Shown here in pieces: positions 61,468 to 64,000 of a DNA stretch of 64,000 nt (position 1 is the first letter of the stretch; each line of letters opens with the position of its first letter). Origin of the DNA: Takakia lepidozioides (lineage: Eukaryota; Plantae; Bryophyta); the NCBI GenBank assembly GCA_030704615.1, contig CM060733.1, forward strand, positions 12,028,001-12,092,000, read 5' to 3'. A program made the translations under genes and the position numbers. The notes below the pieces were generated by a model. The model was not told the origin of the DNA. It made no database searches and was given only the letters and a program-made list of their open reading frames with translations.

Positions 61468-62146
61468 GAGACGAGTAGGCGCCATGTGCGACATTGAATC
61501 TGTCCATCGGTGCATTCATCCATTCACCAACTGCAAACATTCATGCGCGCACCAGAAGACGACCGCGCAGTCGCGTACCGACCACGTGTCCACACCGCGC
61601 GGTCTAACTCCGCACGTGCAATAGAGTGCGCCGCCACCTACCCATATGAACCGCGCACAGCGCTTGCCGCTCTTTCTGGCAACCGTGGTCCGCGGAAAGG
61701 CGCGGGGCATGAACCGCGGTCTGCTCCTCGTGACTGTCGAGCTTTGGACGGAAGCTTTGGATGGACGGCAGTCCGCCAGCTCAACCGTTGACGGCCGTCC
61801 ACCGACGGAACAGGTCCGTCGGCGTAGGGCGCCCGCGCAACCTGTGGCTGTCTTGCCTCCACACTGCCTGCTGAGCCCGGAACGTGTCCGCCCTAAGCTG
61901 AGGCTCGGATGTAGGATCGGTAATAGAGGTCGGTTAAGAGATATAGGTTCGGTGATAGTGCAGAGGACATGCCTGGCTTCGAACCTATAACCCTGTGGAC
62001 CCTGCAGGTTAGGGATAAGGTCTGGCAGGCTTGGCTCGCAAGTCTTTCTCGTCCTCTCACTGACTGTCTTCGCTTCCTGGCTTCTTCCAGCTGGGTTGGC
62101 GAGTGTTGGTTTTGGAGAAAGCTGTGGAAATGCGAACTGGAAAGCT

Positions 62147-62155
62147 CTATATAAG
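62147..62155 (+). promoter_or_regulatory. Candidate TATA box of PGR5
   Basis: CTATATAAG about 220 bp upstream of the ATG. Confidence 0.4.
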
Positions 62156-62366
62156 CAAGGGAGATTCTAGTTGTGGTCATCGCCTACATCTGCGTGCGAG
62201 AACAAGTTGCTAGTGTGTGCGGTCGAAGCTTTTGAATCGAAGATCAGAGACTCAAATTTTGATAGAAGTGGTGAAGGAGACAGATTGACAGAGCGAATTG
62301 GAGCTGAAAGAAGAAGAGACTTGTCATCTGTTTTCCATATTTAGAGAGAGAGAGAGAGAGAGAAGC

Positions 62367-63177
62367 ATGGCCGCCATGGGTACCGCCATGGCGACGAAGG
62401 CATCTCAAAGCACTATCCTATTCTCTCAGCTGCGAGGAGATTGGGGTTCCTCGATGAAGGGTGAAGGATGCACGCAATTGAGCCATGACATTCAGAGGGT
62501 GAGAATGGCAAGGGCAACCCGAGCTCAGCCTGTCATGAAAAACATCAATGAAGGAAGGGGCATTTTCGCGCCACTTGTTGTGGTGGTACGGAATGTCGTA
62601 GGCACTAAACGCTTCAACCAGCTACGAGGGAAAGGCATTGCTTTGCATTCACAGGTCAGTCCTTTGTACTTAATATGCTACTACCCCCACAAGAGTAACA
62701 ATTTTCACTGCGGAACGAGCATATGTCTTCATTGCCTCTCTTTCCTCATGGACATAGTTTGAATGAAAATGTGAGGTGTTTGTCACTCTGTGTTTTTTCT
62801 ATGAGTTGGAGAGGGAAAGACAGATTGTAATGATTCGGATGGGCAAGGGAGGCTTGAGTGGCATTGTTATGCCGAGTGAAGCACCGACTTGAGTGCTGCA
62901 AATATCTTTTTTGCGGGATGACTCGCTCTTCAGTTACAAACTAGTTCCCAATAGCTTCTTAGGGTGGAATATTGGAAATGTGTGGGATTTTGTCTACGTG
63001 AGTCACCCTCCTTGGAACTGCTCTCTCCTTGGTGCTTAAACCTTGTGACTGTCATGCATTTATCATGTGCAGGTTATCACTGAGTTCTGTAAGTCAGTTG
63101 GGGCGGACGCCAAGCAAAGGCAAGGTTTGATCAGACTGGCAAAGAAGAATGGTGAAAAGTTGGGCTTCTTAGCTTAA
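62367..63177 (+). CDS. PGR5: Proton gradient regulation 5 (cyclic electron flow); exons 62367-62654, 63073-63177
   Basis: Transit peptide, then QPVMKNINEGRGIFAPLVVVVRNVVGTKRFNQLRGKGIALHSQ|VITEFCKSVGADAKQRQGLIRLAKKNGEKLGFLA*. Confidence 0.97.
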
Positions 63178-64000
63178 TTACCAGAGGTTCTTCCATTTAA
63201 TTTATGGGCGGGCAGGATACATGGGTTAACCTCTTTCTTTTAGTTCAGCAGATCGGTTCCAGATTGGTACCCAAGGCCATAGCTATATGTTATATGAGTG
63301 TAGATACTTCTTTTCATGAGAAACCATCACCATAGATTGCCACTTGCTACATTTGTGACGCCATTGTCTTTTCAATCGGGTTGACAGAAGACTCTTTATT
63401 CCATTGTTGTGATCAACTGCTGTTTGGAGCGAAAATTGTGTGCCATTGGATTCCTTTACAGCGCTATTAGCACATGTCTGCGTGATCTATGAAGGGAAGT
63501 TATTATGAACAGCTTTCTACCCTAAATTTGTTAGTGACAACCAGGCACATGGTGCAGGTGAGCGTTAACTCGTCACCGGATGTAAGCTGGAAATCTCTAG
63601 CAACTGCATGTTCCAGCAGAACTCGAAGTAGGGTTTCTGGATTTGGCAGTGTGCGATATTTTCTCAGTTTTTCTGCCAGGCCCAAAGGCCGTGCTGTCTG
63701 CACATATCCCATCTTTCTTTCGATCTATAGCAGGATGGCAAATATCACTGCTCTTCTCTCACTTCTGGTGATGAGGTTGTTGCTCTACTTGTCTAATAGG
63801 GACTCCTCCATCTTCTTTTAGTTTGATCCTAGGTAGGCCGGTTAATTTATATGTGGGTGTAAATACTGTGTACGAGTTGAGAGAATAGATGAGCACAGTA
63901 GCATGGGCAGCAACTCTCTGAAGCTTGGAGTTGCTGTCATCATCTGTACTACAATTGTTGGTGCCTGGAGAGGTGTGTGGTAATTGCACAACACGCCAAT

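Noticed and set aside
63489-63989. Gene end at the right edge of the window
   Set aside because: The minus-strand frame is interrupted by stops, and neither strand gives a recognisable domain; flanking sequence is needed.

Overview
Eukaryotic, intron-containing nuclear DNA from a land plant; gene content and repeat style look bryophyte (moss)-like, which is an impression rather than something proven here. Eight host genes can be reconstructed: a C2H2-zinc-finger/PARP-like protein, an oxysterol-binding-protein-related ORP1-type gene (10 exons, one probable GC-AG intron), an intronless ZMAT2/Snu23, an ATL-type RING-H2 ligase, a chloroplast Mpv17/PMP22 protein, a 17-exon ZIFL-type MFS transporter, a DUF639 gene with two frameshifts and a damaged splice acceptor, and PGR5. 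From about 3.3 to 22 kb the window is a transposon graveyard: two decayed hAT transposases, hairpin-unit minisatellites inside non-autonomous elements, a 256-bp foldback, and a ~2.5-kb nested inverted structure with Helitron-like ends. The most interesting signals are (i) two tRNA-derived SINE-like families, one of which uses a shared 3' tail ending in a predicted C(UUCG)G stem-loop behind different heads, (ii) a LINE<Tc1/pogo<SINE nest, (iii) the recently broken (or mis-assembled) DUF639 gene, and (iv) unusual splicing features in the ORP gene. No CRISPR array, rRNA or intact tRNA was found. No new protein-coding system is evident; the novelty lies in the non-coding mobile elements.
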